A stretch of 64,000 nucleotides of DNA, from positions 1,438,726 through 1,502,725 of the forward strand of contig OZ241964.1 of NCBI GenBank assembly GCA_965204035.1, written 5' to 3'. Source of the DNA: Thermodesulfobacteriota bacterium (lineage in GTDB: Bacteria > Desulfobacterota_D > UBA1144 > Nemesobacterales > Nemesobacteraceae). Shown here piece by piece: positions 35,814 to 44,661 of this stretch (positions are counted from its first letter, which is position 1; every line of letters starts with the position of its first letter). The position numbers and the translations under genes were made by a program. The notes under the pieces are model-generated. The model searched no databases. It was not told the DNA's origin and worked only from the letters and a program-made list of their open reading frames with translations.

Positions 35814-36902
35814 TCAGCCCTCTGACAGATTCTTAAGGCTTTCGGCCTGAAAATGAGCCGCGAGAGGTTCCAGGAGAGGATCAAGATCTCCTCCAAGCAC
35901 TGATTCCATCTTATGGAGAGTGAAACCTATCCTGTGGTCGGTTATTCTCCCCTGAGGGAAGTTGTAGGTTCTTATTTTTTCGCTTCTGTCTCCGCTTCCG
36001 ACCTGGGTTTTTCTGGCGCGCGAGATCTCGCTTGCGCGCTTTCGCTCCTCAATCTCGTAAAGCTTCGCGCGCAGCATGCTCATCGCATGAACCCTGTTTT
36101 TCTGCTGCGAGCGATCGTCCTGGCACTGCACGACGATTCCCGTTGGAAGATGGGTTATCCTTATCGCGGAATCCGTCTTGTTGACGTGCTGGCCCCCGGG
36201 CCCCGAAGACCTGAAAGTATCTACCTTGAGTTCCTTCTCCTCCACTTCCACGTCAACATCGTCGGCCTCCGGAAGCACGGCGACTGTCGCCGTTGACGTA
36301 TGTATTCTCCCGCCGGCCTCTGTCGAAGGTATTCGCTGAACCCTGTGAACCCCGCTTTCATACCTGAGCTTGCCGTAAACCTCCCGTCCTTCGATCTTTA
36401 CCACAAGTTCCTTTATTCCGCCGATCCCGGTTTCGTTAAGCGTTATGGTTTCTACCTTCCAGCGGTGGTTCTCGCAGTACCTCGAGTACATTCTGAGGAG
36501 ATCGGCCGCGAAAAGAGCCGCCTCCTCCCCTCCGGCTCCGGCCCTTATCTCAAGGAACACGTTTTTCCCGAGATTCGGATCTTTGGGCAAAAGGAGCTTT
36601 CTGAGTTTCGCTTCGAGCTCGCTTCTCTCCTCGGAAAGCTCTTCGAGCTCTTCACGGGCAAGAGGAGCAAGCTCCGCGTCATCAAGCAATTTGCGGTTCT
36701 CCTCAGCAGTCTCCGCGACTTCCTTTAGCCGCGAGTAGACAGATACCACGTCCTCAAGCTCCGCACGCTCCTTTGAACACTTGATTCTCTGCTGAGCGGA
36801 AATGTCAGGATCGCCGAGCGCCCTCTCAAGCTCAACAAACCTCCGCTCAATCTGCTCAAGTTTCTCAAACAGCTTCTCATCTTCAACAGGACTTGTCTGC
36901 AT
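35814..36902 (-). CDS. prfA: Peptide chain release factor 1
   Basis: GGQ motif (SSGPGGQHVNKTDSA) and RF1-type PST tripeptide (RIPSTEAGGRIHTS). Start set at MQTSPVEDEKLFEKLEQIE. The 96-codon upstream extension in the ORF track is low-complexity and overlaps the divergent zapB-like gene. Confidence 0.93.
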   Translation of the reverse strand: MQTSPVEDEKLFEKLEQIERRFVELERALGDPDISAQQRIKCSKERAELEDVVSVYSRLKEVAETAEENRKLLDDAELAPLAREELEELSEERSELEAKLRKLLLPKDPNLGKNVFLEIRAGAGGEEAALFAADLLRMYSRYCENHRWKVETITLNETGIGGIKELVVKIEGREVYGKLRYESGVHRVQRIPSTEAGGRIHTSTATVAVLPEADDVDVEVEEKELKVDTFRSSGPGGQHVNKTDSAIRITHLPTGIVVQCQDDRSQQKNRVHAMSMLRAKLYEIEERKRASEISRARKTQVGSGDRSEKIRTYNFPQGRITDHRIGFTLHKMESVLGGDLDPLLEPLAAHFQAESLKNLSEG

Positions 36903-37023
36903 GGCAGGAATTATAGACAAAAAGTCCCAAAAACGTAAAAAATTCTCCTTGCGGCCCTGATAAATACGCTTGAGGCGCGATTCTTGTAATAATGTCACCA
37001 TAGTGATACAATTCATTTTAATT

Positions 37024-37233
37024 ATGGAATCATTGGAGATTCTTGAGAGAAAAATCAGAGAGTTTGTAGACAAAAACGCCAGGACTGCTGAAGAACACAA
37101 CAAATTGCTTGAAGAAATTAAGGTGCTCAGAGAGAATGTCGCTTCGCTTGAAGCCGAAAAGGAGCGCCTCGGAACACGCGTTGACAACATGATAAGGGTA
37201 ATTGAGCAGCACCTTGGCGAAGAATCGGTATGA
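37024..37233 (+). CDS. Small coiled-coil protein, ZapB-like
   Basis: 69 aa with heptad-rich sequence (LEILERKIREFV...LEAEKERL). Its stop overlaps the zapA start (ATGA). Confidence 0.5.
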   Translation: MESLEILERKIREFVDKNARTAEEHNKLLEEIKVLRENVASLEAEKERLGTRVDNMIRVIEQHLGEESV

Positions 37234-37577
37234 AAGACAGGATAAAAGTAGTTTTCTTTGGCAAGGAATATTCAGTCCTTACAGATGCTGAAAAGAGTTA
37301 CCTTATGAAAATTGTAGAGTACCTTGAACAAAGAATTGTCAAGGCAGCTGAAGACAACGCATCTATAACTGTCCCAACTCCCGTCTTTCTGGCTTCTCTT
37401 GAGATCGTCGATGATTTCTTCGCATTGCAGAGGGAATTTGATGAGTTCAAGAGAACCGCAGAAAGAAAAACAGAAAAACTGGTCGGACTGCTCGAATCAC
37501 CCGGAAGCCAAAAAGGACCCGTCCTTATTGAAGAAAGCCCCGAAGACCCTTTCAGATCAAGAGGAAACAGCTTCTGA
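37230..37577 (+). CDS. zapA: Cell division protein ZapA
   Basis: KVVFFGKEYSVLTDAEKSYLMKIVEYLEQRI matches the ZapA N-terminal pattern, followed by 5-FCL as in many bacteria. Confidence 0.75.
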   Translation: MKDRIKVVFFGKEYSVLTDAEKSYLMKIVEYLEQRIVKAAEDNASITVPTPVFLASLEIVDDFFALQREFDEFKRTAERKTEKLVGLLESPGSQKGPVLIEESPEDPFRSRGNSF

Positions 37578-38214
37578 GACCCGCTCCGGTTCCACATACG
37601 TAAACGGTTCCCGGGAAACCAGCCCGCAGGGTCCCGTCCTTGAGGAAAAAGACAGGCTGAGAAGAGGCCTTCTTGAGAAAAGAAGGAATCTTCCCCAGTC
37701 TCTGCGCCGGGAGAAATCCGCCCTGATTCTCAAGATTCTTCTCTCCGAGAAGGTTTTCTCCGATGCATCCAGCGTCGCTCTTTATTTCCCCGTAAACGGC
37801 GAAGTCGACACACGCGAAATATTCAAAAAATGCGTTGATCTTGAAAAAAAGGTTTTCTTTCCGAAAACCCTAGGCTCCGATCTTGTTTTCCTGAGAACGA
37901 AAAATATTGAGGAACTCACCCCGGGGGCCTTCGCCATCCCGGAACCCCCGGCGGAAGCCGAACGCGCCTGCGGCGACGAGCTTGACCTCGTACTGGTACC
38001 TGGAGTGGCTTTTGATTTCTCCGGAAACAGAATCGGTTATGGAAAAGGTTTTTACGACAGGTTTTTAAAAGATATACCCAGACAGATACGCTTCGGGCTG
38101 GCCTACCGGTTCCAAGTGCTGGAAAGCGTCCCTTCGGATAAAACCGACGTTAAGACGGGTCGCATAATCACAGAAGACGGAGCTATTGACTGTCTGGCAA
38201 AACAAGGAGACTGA
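37441..38214 (+). CDS. 5-formyltetrahydrofolate cyclo-ligase; start codon uncertain
   Basis: Conserved region begins near 37634 (EEKDRLRRGLLEKRRNL...GVAFDFSGNRIGYGKGFYDRFL). There is no ATG/GTG/TTG in frame between 37441 and 37634. Confidence 0.7.
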   Translation: MSSREPQKEKQKNWSDCSNHPEAKKDPSLLKKAPKTLSDQEETASETRSGSTYVNGSRETSPQGPVLEEKDRLRRGLLEKRRNLPQSLRREKSALILKILLSEKVFSDASSVALYFPVNGEVDTREIFKKCVDLEKKVFFPKTLGSDLVFLRTKNIEELTPGAFAIPEPPAEAERACGDELDLVLVPGVAFDFSGNRIGYGKGFYDRFLKDIPRQIRFGLAYRFQVLESVPSDKTDVKTGRIITEDGAIDCLAKQGD

Positions 38215-38215
38215 A

Positions 38216-39772
38216 ATGCAAGCAAAATCAATACTGCTGTTTTTGGTACTCTTCGGACTTGGATTCGCTGCCCATCTGATTTACAAGATGATCATGGAGA
38301 AAAACGGAATCAGCAAAAGCCAAAAACAGGCACAGAGCATAATCCAAAAAGCGGAAAAACAGGCGGAAGAGATAAAAAACAGGGCGGAGAACAGAGCGAA
38401 AAAACTCGTTAAGGACAAAAACTCTCAGATGCAGAGAATGTCAAGCGAAAAGCGCAAGGAATTTTCCGCCACGGAAAAAAAGCTAAAGGGAAGGGAAGAG
38501 AAACTGGGCAAAGAATATAGCGAAATTGACAGAAAGAAGACGGAAATTGAGAAAACGCAGGCGGAACTAGAGAGCAAAGACCTGGCTCTTGAGGAGAAGC
38601 AGAGAACTCTTGATGAGAACATTGAAGAGATAAAGGGAAAAATAGAAGAGGTGTCAGGTCTTACCCGCGAGGCGGCGAAAGCCGAACTTGTAAGACTGGT
38701 TGAGGACGAGGCAAGACACGAGGCGGCGAAAAGACTCAAGCAGATAGAGGAAGAATGCAGTTCCTCGGCCGAGCGGAAGGCAAAGGACATAATATCCCTT
38801 GCCATCCAGAGATACTCCGGAAGCTACACGAGCGAGAAAACGGTGTCGGTCGTCAATCTTCCAAGCGACGACGTAAAGGGAAGAATTATCGGGCGCGAAG
38901 GACGGAACATCCGCTCCATAGAGCTTCGTACCGGGGTGGACATCATTATCGACGACACGCCTGAGACGGTCGTGATTTCGTGCTTTAATCCCATAAGGCG
39001 GGAAGTGGCGAAAATTTCGCTTGAGCGGCTGATAGCGGACGGGAGAATTCACCCCGCAAGAATCGAGGAAGTGGTGACCGAGGTTGAAAAGGAAATAGAA
39101 AGGGAGATACAGAAAGAGGGGGAACAGGCGCTTTTTGATCTCGGCATAAGCGGCATGCATCCGGAACTTATAAACAAGCTTGGGATGCTTAAATACAGAA
39201 CGAGCTACTCGCAGAACATACTCAATCACTCGATTGAGGTAGGGTTCATCTGCGGAATGCTCGCTTCCGAAATCGGTTACAACGAGAAACTTGCCAAAAG
39301 AGCCGGACTGCTCCACGACATAGGAAAAGCGGTCGATCACGAGGTTGAAGGCTCCCATGTGGACATAGGAACGAACATCGTCAAAAAATACGGCGAACCC
39401 CCCGAAATTGTTGACACGCTTGAAAAAACCCATGACCCCCAACCCCAGGGAATCCTGCCGCTTCTCGTACAGGCGGCCGACGCCATTTCGGCCGCCCGCC
39501 CAGGCGCCAGAAGGGAAACGTATGAGAACTACGTAAAAAGAATCGAGAGCATAGAAGGCGTGGCGAGTTCTTTCCCGGGCGTTGAGAGATGTTACGCGAT
39601 CCAGGCGGGAAGAGAGGTAAGGGTGATAGTGGAAAGCGACCAGGTAAGCGACGAGGAGGGAGCTATCCTTTCGCATGAGATAGCCAAGAAGATAGAAAAA
39701 GAGGTCGTTTATCCGGGACAGATAAAAATTATGGTCATAAGGGAAAGCAGGGCGACGGCATATGCCTCATAG
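38216..39772 (+). CDS. rny: Ribonuclease Y
   Basis: N-terminal TM helix, long Lys/Glu coiled coil, KH domain (GRIIGREGRNIR), HD domain (LLHDIGKAVDHE). AAGGAGA RBS. Confidence 0.93.
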   Translation: MQAKSILLFLVLFGLGFAAHLIYKMIMEKNGISKSQKQAQSIIQKAEKQAEEIKNRAENRAKKLVKDKNSQMQRMSSEKRKEFSATEKKLKGREEKLGKEYSEIDRKKTEIEKTQAELESKDLALEEKQRTLDENIEEIKGKIEEVSGLTREAAKAELVRLVEDEARHEAAKRLKQIEEECSSSAERKAKDIISLAIQRYSGSYTSEKTVSVVNLPSDDVKGRIIGREGRNIRSIELRTGVDIIIDDTPETVVISCFNPIRREVAKISLERLIADGRIHPARIEEVVTEVEKEIEREIQKEGEQALFDLGISGMHPELINKLGMLKYRTSYSQNILNHSIEVGFICGMLASEIGYNEKLAKRAGLLHDIGKAVDHEVEGSHVDIGTNIVKKYGEPPEIVDTLEKTHDPQPQGILPLLVQAADAISAARPGARRETYENYVKRIESIEGVASSFPGVERCYAIQAGREVRVIVESDQVSDEEGAILSHEIAKKIEKEVVYPGQIKIMVIRESRATAYAS

Positions 39773-39860
39773 CAAACACGCCAAACGCGGGATCTTTGTG
39801 GTATATTACACCGGCACTTAAAAACAGGCCGCAAAGCGGGAACCGTTTAAGGAGGAAGAA

Positions 39861-40316
39861 ATGCGAGAACCACGAGACAAGGAAAATCCGGAAAAAACAC
39901 TTGAGCGCTTCAACAAGGAAGCGCTTGATTTCATGATTGAGAACCAGAGCAGAATCGCCTGCGCAATCGTTTACGCCCTGTCTCATCTGAACCAGCCGCT
40001 AATCGCCGGATATCAGCGCTATTTCAACAACAACGTAATACTGAAATACGATTCAAAAGCCGTATTCGCCCATAACTCTGACCTTCCGGATTTTCTGTGC
40101 GCGTATTTCATTTTGGTGAGAAAACCGGACAAGGCCGACAAAAAGGAAATCATTGAAGACTCTAAGATATACGTCAACAATTTCCTGGAGTTTAACATGG
40201 AGATACTTTCCGGAATATCCTGCTTCATCTTTGACATAGAAAACGGCGAGATAATCGAAAGATTCGACCGAGGGAAAAAAGAAAGCATGGAATCCGTTGA
40301 GTTTCTGAATATCTGA
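39861..40316 (+). CDS. Hypothetical protein (151 aa), AT-rich gene
   Basis: Clean ORF with no motif I recognise. Confidence 0.4.
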   Translation: MREPRDKENPEKTLERFNKEALDFMIENQSRIACAIVYALSHLNQPLIAGYQRYFNNNVILKYDSKAVFAHNSDLPDFLCAYFILVRKPDKADKKEIIEDSKIYVNNFLEFNMEILSGISCFIFDIENGEIIERFDRGKKESMESVEFLNI

Positions 40317-40577
40317 ATGCTCCGCTTATTGTTTCGACCCGCGCGGTGACCGGAAGGCAGAAACACTAACCTCAAGTTCAATATCCGTGTCGAGTTTGGG
40401 GGAGAACCCGCTCCAGACCCCGAGTCGGCGAGCCGGTTAAAAAGATCAATGAACTGCTCTCTTACGTATCCGACAAGCTGAAACTGAACTAGCTGGAACT
40501 TTATTTACCAATACAGGAAAACCACAAAAGATTGCAAACATACTGAACCCGAAAATACATGCAATGGAGATAATTTC

Positions 40578-41960
40578 ATGACTCCTGAACAAATAAAAGC
40601 ACTGGTAGCAAAAGGCGAATCCGAAACGCTTGAGTTCAAGCTCTCTACGGGAAGGCGCAGTGACGCAATGAAAACCGTGTGCGCCATGCTCAATCAACGC
40701 GGCGGGCACGTGCTGTTCGGCGTATCTCCGGAAGGAAAAATAGAAGGCCAGCAGGTGTCTGACCGGACCATTGAGCAGTTAAGCTCCGAAATCCGGAATA
40801 TTGAATCTCAGGTTTTTCCCTCAATTGAGCGGGTACGCGTAAAAGGAGACCTCGAAGTGGTGGTAATAAGCGTGAAACCCGGCAATTCCAAGCCGTATGC
40901 TTACAAACGCAAAGAGTATCGCAGGGTCGGAAACACCACCGTAGAAATGTCGCGCTGGGATGTCACGCAGATGCTTATCGAGGAAGTGCACGAAAAATAT
41001 CGATGGGAAAAACTGCCCGCCGAGGAGTGGTCGATTGAAGACCTTGACGCGGACGAGATTCGGATCACGGTGCAGGAGGCAATCAGGCAAAAACGCCTGA
41101 AAGCCCCGGTAAGCATGGAATTGACTGATTTGCTGCGCGGTCTGGAACTTCTTGGACAAGACGACGAACTGCTTCAGGCGGCGGTCGTGCTGTTCGGCAA
41201 GGAGGAACTCATCGCCCGCAGAATGCCGCAGTGCCTGCTGTGCGTCGCCCGCTTCCGAGGTTTTGATAAAATGGAGTTTCTGGACAATCGGCAGTTCAAG
41301 GGCAACGCTTTCAAGCTTCTTGAGGATGCGGAACGATTTCTGCGCGAGACCCTGCCCATCGCCGGACGGTTTGAACCGGGCCGCTTCGCGCGGATTGACG
41401 AACCGCTCTACCCACACGAAGCAACACGGGAAGCGATTATAAACGCGTTATGTCATCGTGACTACATCATTGCCGGCAGTTCCGTGGACTTGGCGGTCTA
41501 TGATGACCGTATGGAGGTGGTCTCTCCAGGTCCGCTGCACTTCGGACTGACTGCTGAGAAACTGTTCGCATCACACCAATCCCAGCCGTGGAATCCTCTG
41601 ATCGCCAGTACGTTCTACCGTCGAGGAATTATCGAGAAGTGGGGAACAGGAACTATCAAGATGGCGGAAATAATGGAGTCCGCGCATCTTCCGCGCCCCG
41701 AGATTGAGGATAATGGAAGAGATGTAACAGTATGTTTCCGACGCAACTTAATTGATTCGATTGAACGGCAGGAAGTAATTATCTTTTTGATCGACCGCCA
41801 AGCCGATGGACTTACCCTAAGCGACATTCACGCACAGATGCCTCCATATGTAAGTAAACGTCAAGTAAAAAGAGACTTAACCGTCTTGAAAGAGCGTGGT
41901 CTAATAGTATCTACAAAACCAGGTCGCTGGGGACGGTGGATTCGCACAAGAAACTCATAG
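40578..41960 (+). CDS. AlbA_2 (Schlafen-like) + HATPase_c_4-like + C-terminal wHTH putative regulator (often annotated RecG-like)
   Basis: N-terminus GESETLEFKLS...MLNQRGGHVLFGV is the typical AlbA_2/divergent-AAA opening. Middle NALCHRDY block. C-terminal helix-turn-helix-like region. Confidence 0.7.
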   Translation: MTPEQIKALVAKGESETLEFKLSTGRRSDAMKTVCAMLNQRGGHVLFGVSPEGKIEGQQVSDRTIEQLSSEIRNIESQVFPSIERVRVKGDLEVVVISVKPGNSKPYAYKRKEYRRVGNTTVEMSRWDVTQMLIEEVHEKYRWEKLPAEEWSIEDLDADEIRITVQEAIRQKRLKAPVSMELTDLLRGLELLGQDDELLQAAVVLFGKEELIARRMPQCLLCVARFRGFDKMEFLDNRQFKGNAFKLLEDAERFLRETLPIAGRFEPGRFARIDEPLYPHEATREAIINALCHRDYIIAGSSVDLAVYDDRMEVVSPGPLHFGLTAEKLFASHQSQPWNPLIASTFYRRGIIEKWGTGTIKMAEIMESAHLPRPEIEDNGRDVTVCFRRNLIDSIERQEVIIFLIDRQADGLTLSDIHAQMPPYVSKRQVKRDLTVLKERGLIVSTKPGRWGRWIRTRNS

Positions 41961-41990
41961 ACTTGTCATGCATATCCAAGATTCAATTCT

Positions 41991-42096
41991 ATCAATAGGG
42001 CTGTTAAGGGGGACTATTGATACTTAACTACCTGTCAATTAAGAGTTTTTTAAGGTCTGCCAGATTTTCCAGGGGTCTGTTGAGGGGTCTATTGAA
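41991..42096. repeat. Cluster of ~5 degenerate 11-12-bp motifs (GGGTCTATTGA-like)
   Basis: AGGGCTGTTAA, GGGACTATTGA, AGGTCTGCCAG, GGGGTCTGTTGA, GGGGTCTATTGA. The last two are adjacent. Confidence 0.7.
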
Positions 42097-42583
42097 CCTT
42101 TTCCCATCCTGACTTCAGCACATTTTCCTGGAATAGGCACTTAGCCTGTGCATTTCTCACAGAGGGGTATGGGAACGTCTGTATCTCTCAAGATTTTCTG
42201 ATTCTTTTTTTCTTGCCCCTTCCTCGGTCATCCGTCGTGAAGTCTTTACTAGCGGATAGTGCTCGGAATTTTTTGCAAATTTAAGTTTTTGGCATTTCTT
42301 CAGTTTCCCTACCTCAATTCCATCCTTCCCGTCCATCTCCCTCAGCAAATCCATGTCCAGATATCTCCTTGCTTTCCCACTTCGTCCCGGAGATATGCCT
42401 CAGCTTGGCCGCGCACAACATAATTTTCTTTATAATCCTTTCCTTCGGATTGTTCGTCCGTATCCCCCGCCAGCGCAACAACGGGGACCGCTATCTCCTC
42501 AACGCAGTTCTCCAAGTACCTTACCGATGAAGGCAATTGATAATCAGGCTCCCATGATATATTGTCTTGGCAGGAGAAGTAGC

Positions 42584-42808
42584 ATGACGGACAAATTAAT
42601 TGACAGAAATCCGGGTATTCTGGGCGGAACTCCGGTGTTTTCCGGAACAAGGGTTCCCGTACGCATCCTGATGGAACATTTGGAAGCGGGAGACCGCCTT
42701 GACGAGTTTCTGGAAGATTACCCAACGGTAACACGCGATCAGGCAGTTGCCGTACTTGAACGGGCAAAAGCGATGCTCGTGGATAAAGTGGATGAAGCTA
42801 CTGCTTGA
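42584..42808 (+). CDS. DUF433-type antitoxin-like protein
   Basis: IDRNPGILGGTPVFSGTRVPVRILMEHLEAGDRLDEFLEDYP is the DUF433 signature. AGGAGAAG RBS. Confidence 0.8.
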   Translation: MTDKLIDRNPGILGGTPVFSGTRVPVRILMEHLEAGDRLDEFLEDYPTVTRDQAVAVLERAKAMLVDKVDEATA

Positions 42809-43079
42809 TGAATCCGTTCCAAAGAGGCTCGGTTCGTTTTTCCCCAGTGAGTTAAAAGTGCACACGGTCCAGCAGATGGGATGGGCCGGAAGCAGCAACG
42901 GCGATTTGTTGCGCCTTGCCTCCGCCCATGGATTTGACGCTCTGGTCACTGTGGACAAAGGTATTGAGCATCAGCAGCACCTTGGAAAAACTAAGAGACG
43001 ATGGTCCGGTAATGTGCACGGGAACAGGCCCTCTAGCAATGTGGAAACGCACACAAAACAAATAAGCCTTTACCTTTAA
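42792..43079 (+). CDS. DUF5615 (PIN-like/Mut7-C-like) toxin partner, C-terminus possibly degenerate
   Basis: MKLLLDESVPKRL...VHTVQQMGWAGSSNGDLLRLA...DALVTVDKGIEHQQHL matches the family up to about residue 73. The remainder does not look like the usual C-terminal strand region. Confidence 0.6.
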   Translation: MKLLLDESVPKRLGSFFPSELKVHTVQQMGWAGSSNGDLLRLASAHGFDALVTVDKGIEHQQHLGKTKRRWSGNVHGNRPSSNVETHTKQISLYL

Positions 43080-43205
43080 GGAAATGGGTAAGACAGGGGG
43101 CGGATTAGCCTCTATCAGTCTTATATCCTTTACATATTTAAGTTCGCTAAAAATTCTCAACGGGTAAAACAGGGGGTAAAACTAAAATCAAGCGGGGGAT
43201 CCAAC

Positions 43206-43251
43206 AGAGGTCTATCAGGGGTCTAACAAGGGCCTATTAAGGGTCTATTTG
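43206..43251. repeat. Four tandem 11-12-bp motifs of the same family as 41991..42096
   Basis: GAGGTCTATCA GGGGTCTAACA AGGGCCTATTAA GGGTCTATTTG, head to tail. Confidence 0.75.
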
Positions 43252-43266
43252 TAGCCCTGTACCAAA

Positions 43267-44661
43267 CTAAACATGCTTAAGCGAATCTATAAGCGCCCCA
43301 AGCGGCCTGTCCGATCCGGGGAACCTGTCCTTGAAAGTCCCCCCGTTCTCAAGCTTGAGCACGCCCCTGGGACAAACGGCCGCGCACACCCCGCATCCTA
43401 CGCACGACGCTCTCACTATATTCTCGCCCTTCTGTGCGTAAGCCCTGACGTCTATGCCCATCTCGCAGTAAGTGGAGCAGTTCCCGCACGACATGCACTG
43501 GTCGCCGTTTGTGGTAATCCTGAATCTTGAAAGATACCTCTGGAAAATTCCGAGAACAGCCGCCATGGGACAACCGAACCGACACCACACCCTGCTTCCC
43601 ATTATGGGGTAAAAACCCACGCCTATGACCCCGGAAAAAATAGCGCCTATGTAGAACCCGTACCATTTCTTAAGGGACATCGAGGATTCTCCGAACACCG
43701 ACCCGGATGTTGCGGAGTTAACCCAGAGAAGAACCGTCGTAACGACGATAAACACAAGCACGGAATGCACGATCCAGCGCTCCATACGCCACGCCTTTTT
43801 TGATTTGTCGGAAAGCTGCCTCCACGGGTCTCCCATGGTTTCCGCAAGCCCTCCGCAGCCGCACACCCAGGAACAGTACCACCTCTTGCCGAAATAGTAG
43901 GTAAGAAGCGGAGTGGCTATGAAGGTCATCACGGCTCCCCAGAAAATGAGGAACATCCCAAGTCCGCCGGGATGGTTCACGAAGTAGCTTAAAGTGCCCG
44001 GGAACAAGTATTCAGGTTTAAGCGGCCAGAAGTAACTCAGGTAGAACTCAGGCTGGTTAAACAGCATAAGTATGTTGGGGATAAGAAAGGCGAACCCAAG
44101 CTGGAAAAACATCACCGAAGCCGTTCTGATCTTCTGGTAGCGGTTATGCCTGTATTTCATGAACATCCTTACTCCGAAGACGAAAACAGCTACGGTGTAG
44201 AGAAAACCGTAGAAAAACCAGTTGTTGGCCGGAGAACCTGAGAGGGCCAGAGAAAGCGGGTTTACGATCTTTATTCCACCCGCCAGGTATTCGGGAAACC
44301 AGTAGAGGGATATGTAGAAACCGGTGAATACAATGCCGATAAGCCAGCCGAGAACCCCTTTGTTGGTCAGCCCCCTGAAGTAGATGTTATCATGCTTTAT
44401 TCCCGCAACGGTGCCCTTGAAGTTAAGGTAAAAGTAAAACGCCGTGCCGAAAAAAACGGGGAGGAATACCAGAAGAAATCCGGCCCATGTGCCGCCCGGA
44501 GGCATGCCCATGGACTGAAGGGCAAACATCAGTATTCCTAAGCCCAAAACGGCAAGAGAAATCCTTTCTCCGGTTCCAAGCGGATTGTCAGGGGCCTTCT
44601 CCGGTTCCTCAAAACCAAGGGTTTCTTCGTCAAAATCGTAATCTGTAATGTTTTCTTCCAT
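43267..44661 (-). CDS. Polytopic membrane 4Fe-4S protein, NapH/MauN-like
   Basis: Membrane-embedded Cys motifs (YCSWVCGCGG; WCRFGCP) and two C-terminal ferredoxin motifs (CMSCGNCSTYC; CVGCGVCAAVCP). ATG at 44661 overlaps the upstream stop by 1 nt. Confidence 0.75.
   Translation of the reverse strand: MEENITDYDFDEETLGFEEPEKAPDNPLGTGERISLAVLGLGILMFALQSMGMPPGGTWAGFLLVFLPVFFGTAFYFYLNFKGTVAGIKHDNIYFRGLTNKGVLGWLIGIVFTGFYISLYWFPEYLAGGIKIVNPLSLALSGSPANNWFFYGFLYTVAVFVFGVRMFMKYRHNRYQKIRTASVMFFQLGFAFLIPNILMLFNQPEFYLSYFWPLKPEYLFPGTLSYFVNHPGGLGMFLIFWGAVMTFIATPLLTYYFGKRWYCSWVCGCGGLAETMGDPWRQLSDKSKKAWRMERWIVHSVLVFIVVTTVLLWVNSATSGSVFGESSMSLKKWYGFYIGAIFSGVIGVGFYPIMGSRVWCRFGCPMAAVLGIFQRYLSRFRITTNGDQCMSCGNCSTYCEMGIDVRAYAQKGENIVRASCVGCGVCAAVCPRGVLKLENGGTFKDRFPGSDRPLGALIDSLKHV

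Noticed and set aside
36903-37190. A 96-codon N-terminal extension of the prfA ORF, and a 54-codon extension of the ATPase ORF (21268..21429).
   Set aside because: The extensions are low-complexity or hydrophobic and lack similarity to the families. The prfA extension overlaps the divergent zapB-like gene. Good internal ATGs match the canonical N-termini; the ATPase one also has an RBS.
37578-37640. A 6S RNA (ssrS) between zapA and 5-FCL, as found in E. coli.
   Set aside because: The gap is only about 60 nt, far shorter than a 6S RNA, and shows no extended hairpin.
38654-39676. A 340-aa minus-strand ORF.
   Set aside because: Antisense to RNase Y (KH and HD motifs on the plus strand).
42157-42767. 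Minus-strand ORFs of 141 aa and 65 aa opposite or upstream of the DUF433 gene.
   Set aside because: The 141-aa ORF is largely antisense to the well-supported DUF433 gene. The 65-aa ORF has no recognisable motif or RBS. They may be relics of a degraded gene, but I cannot support a call.
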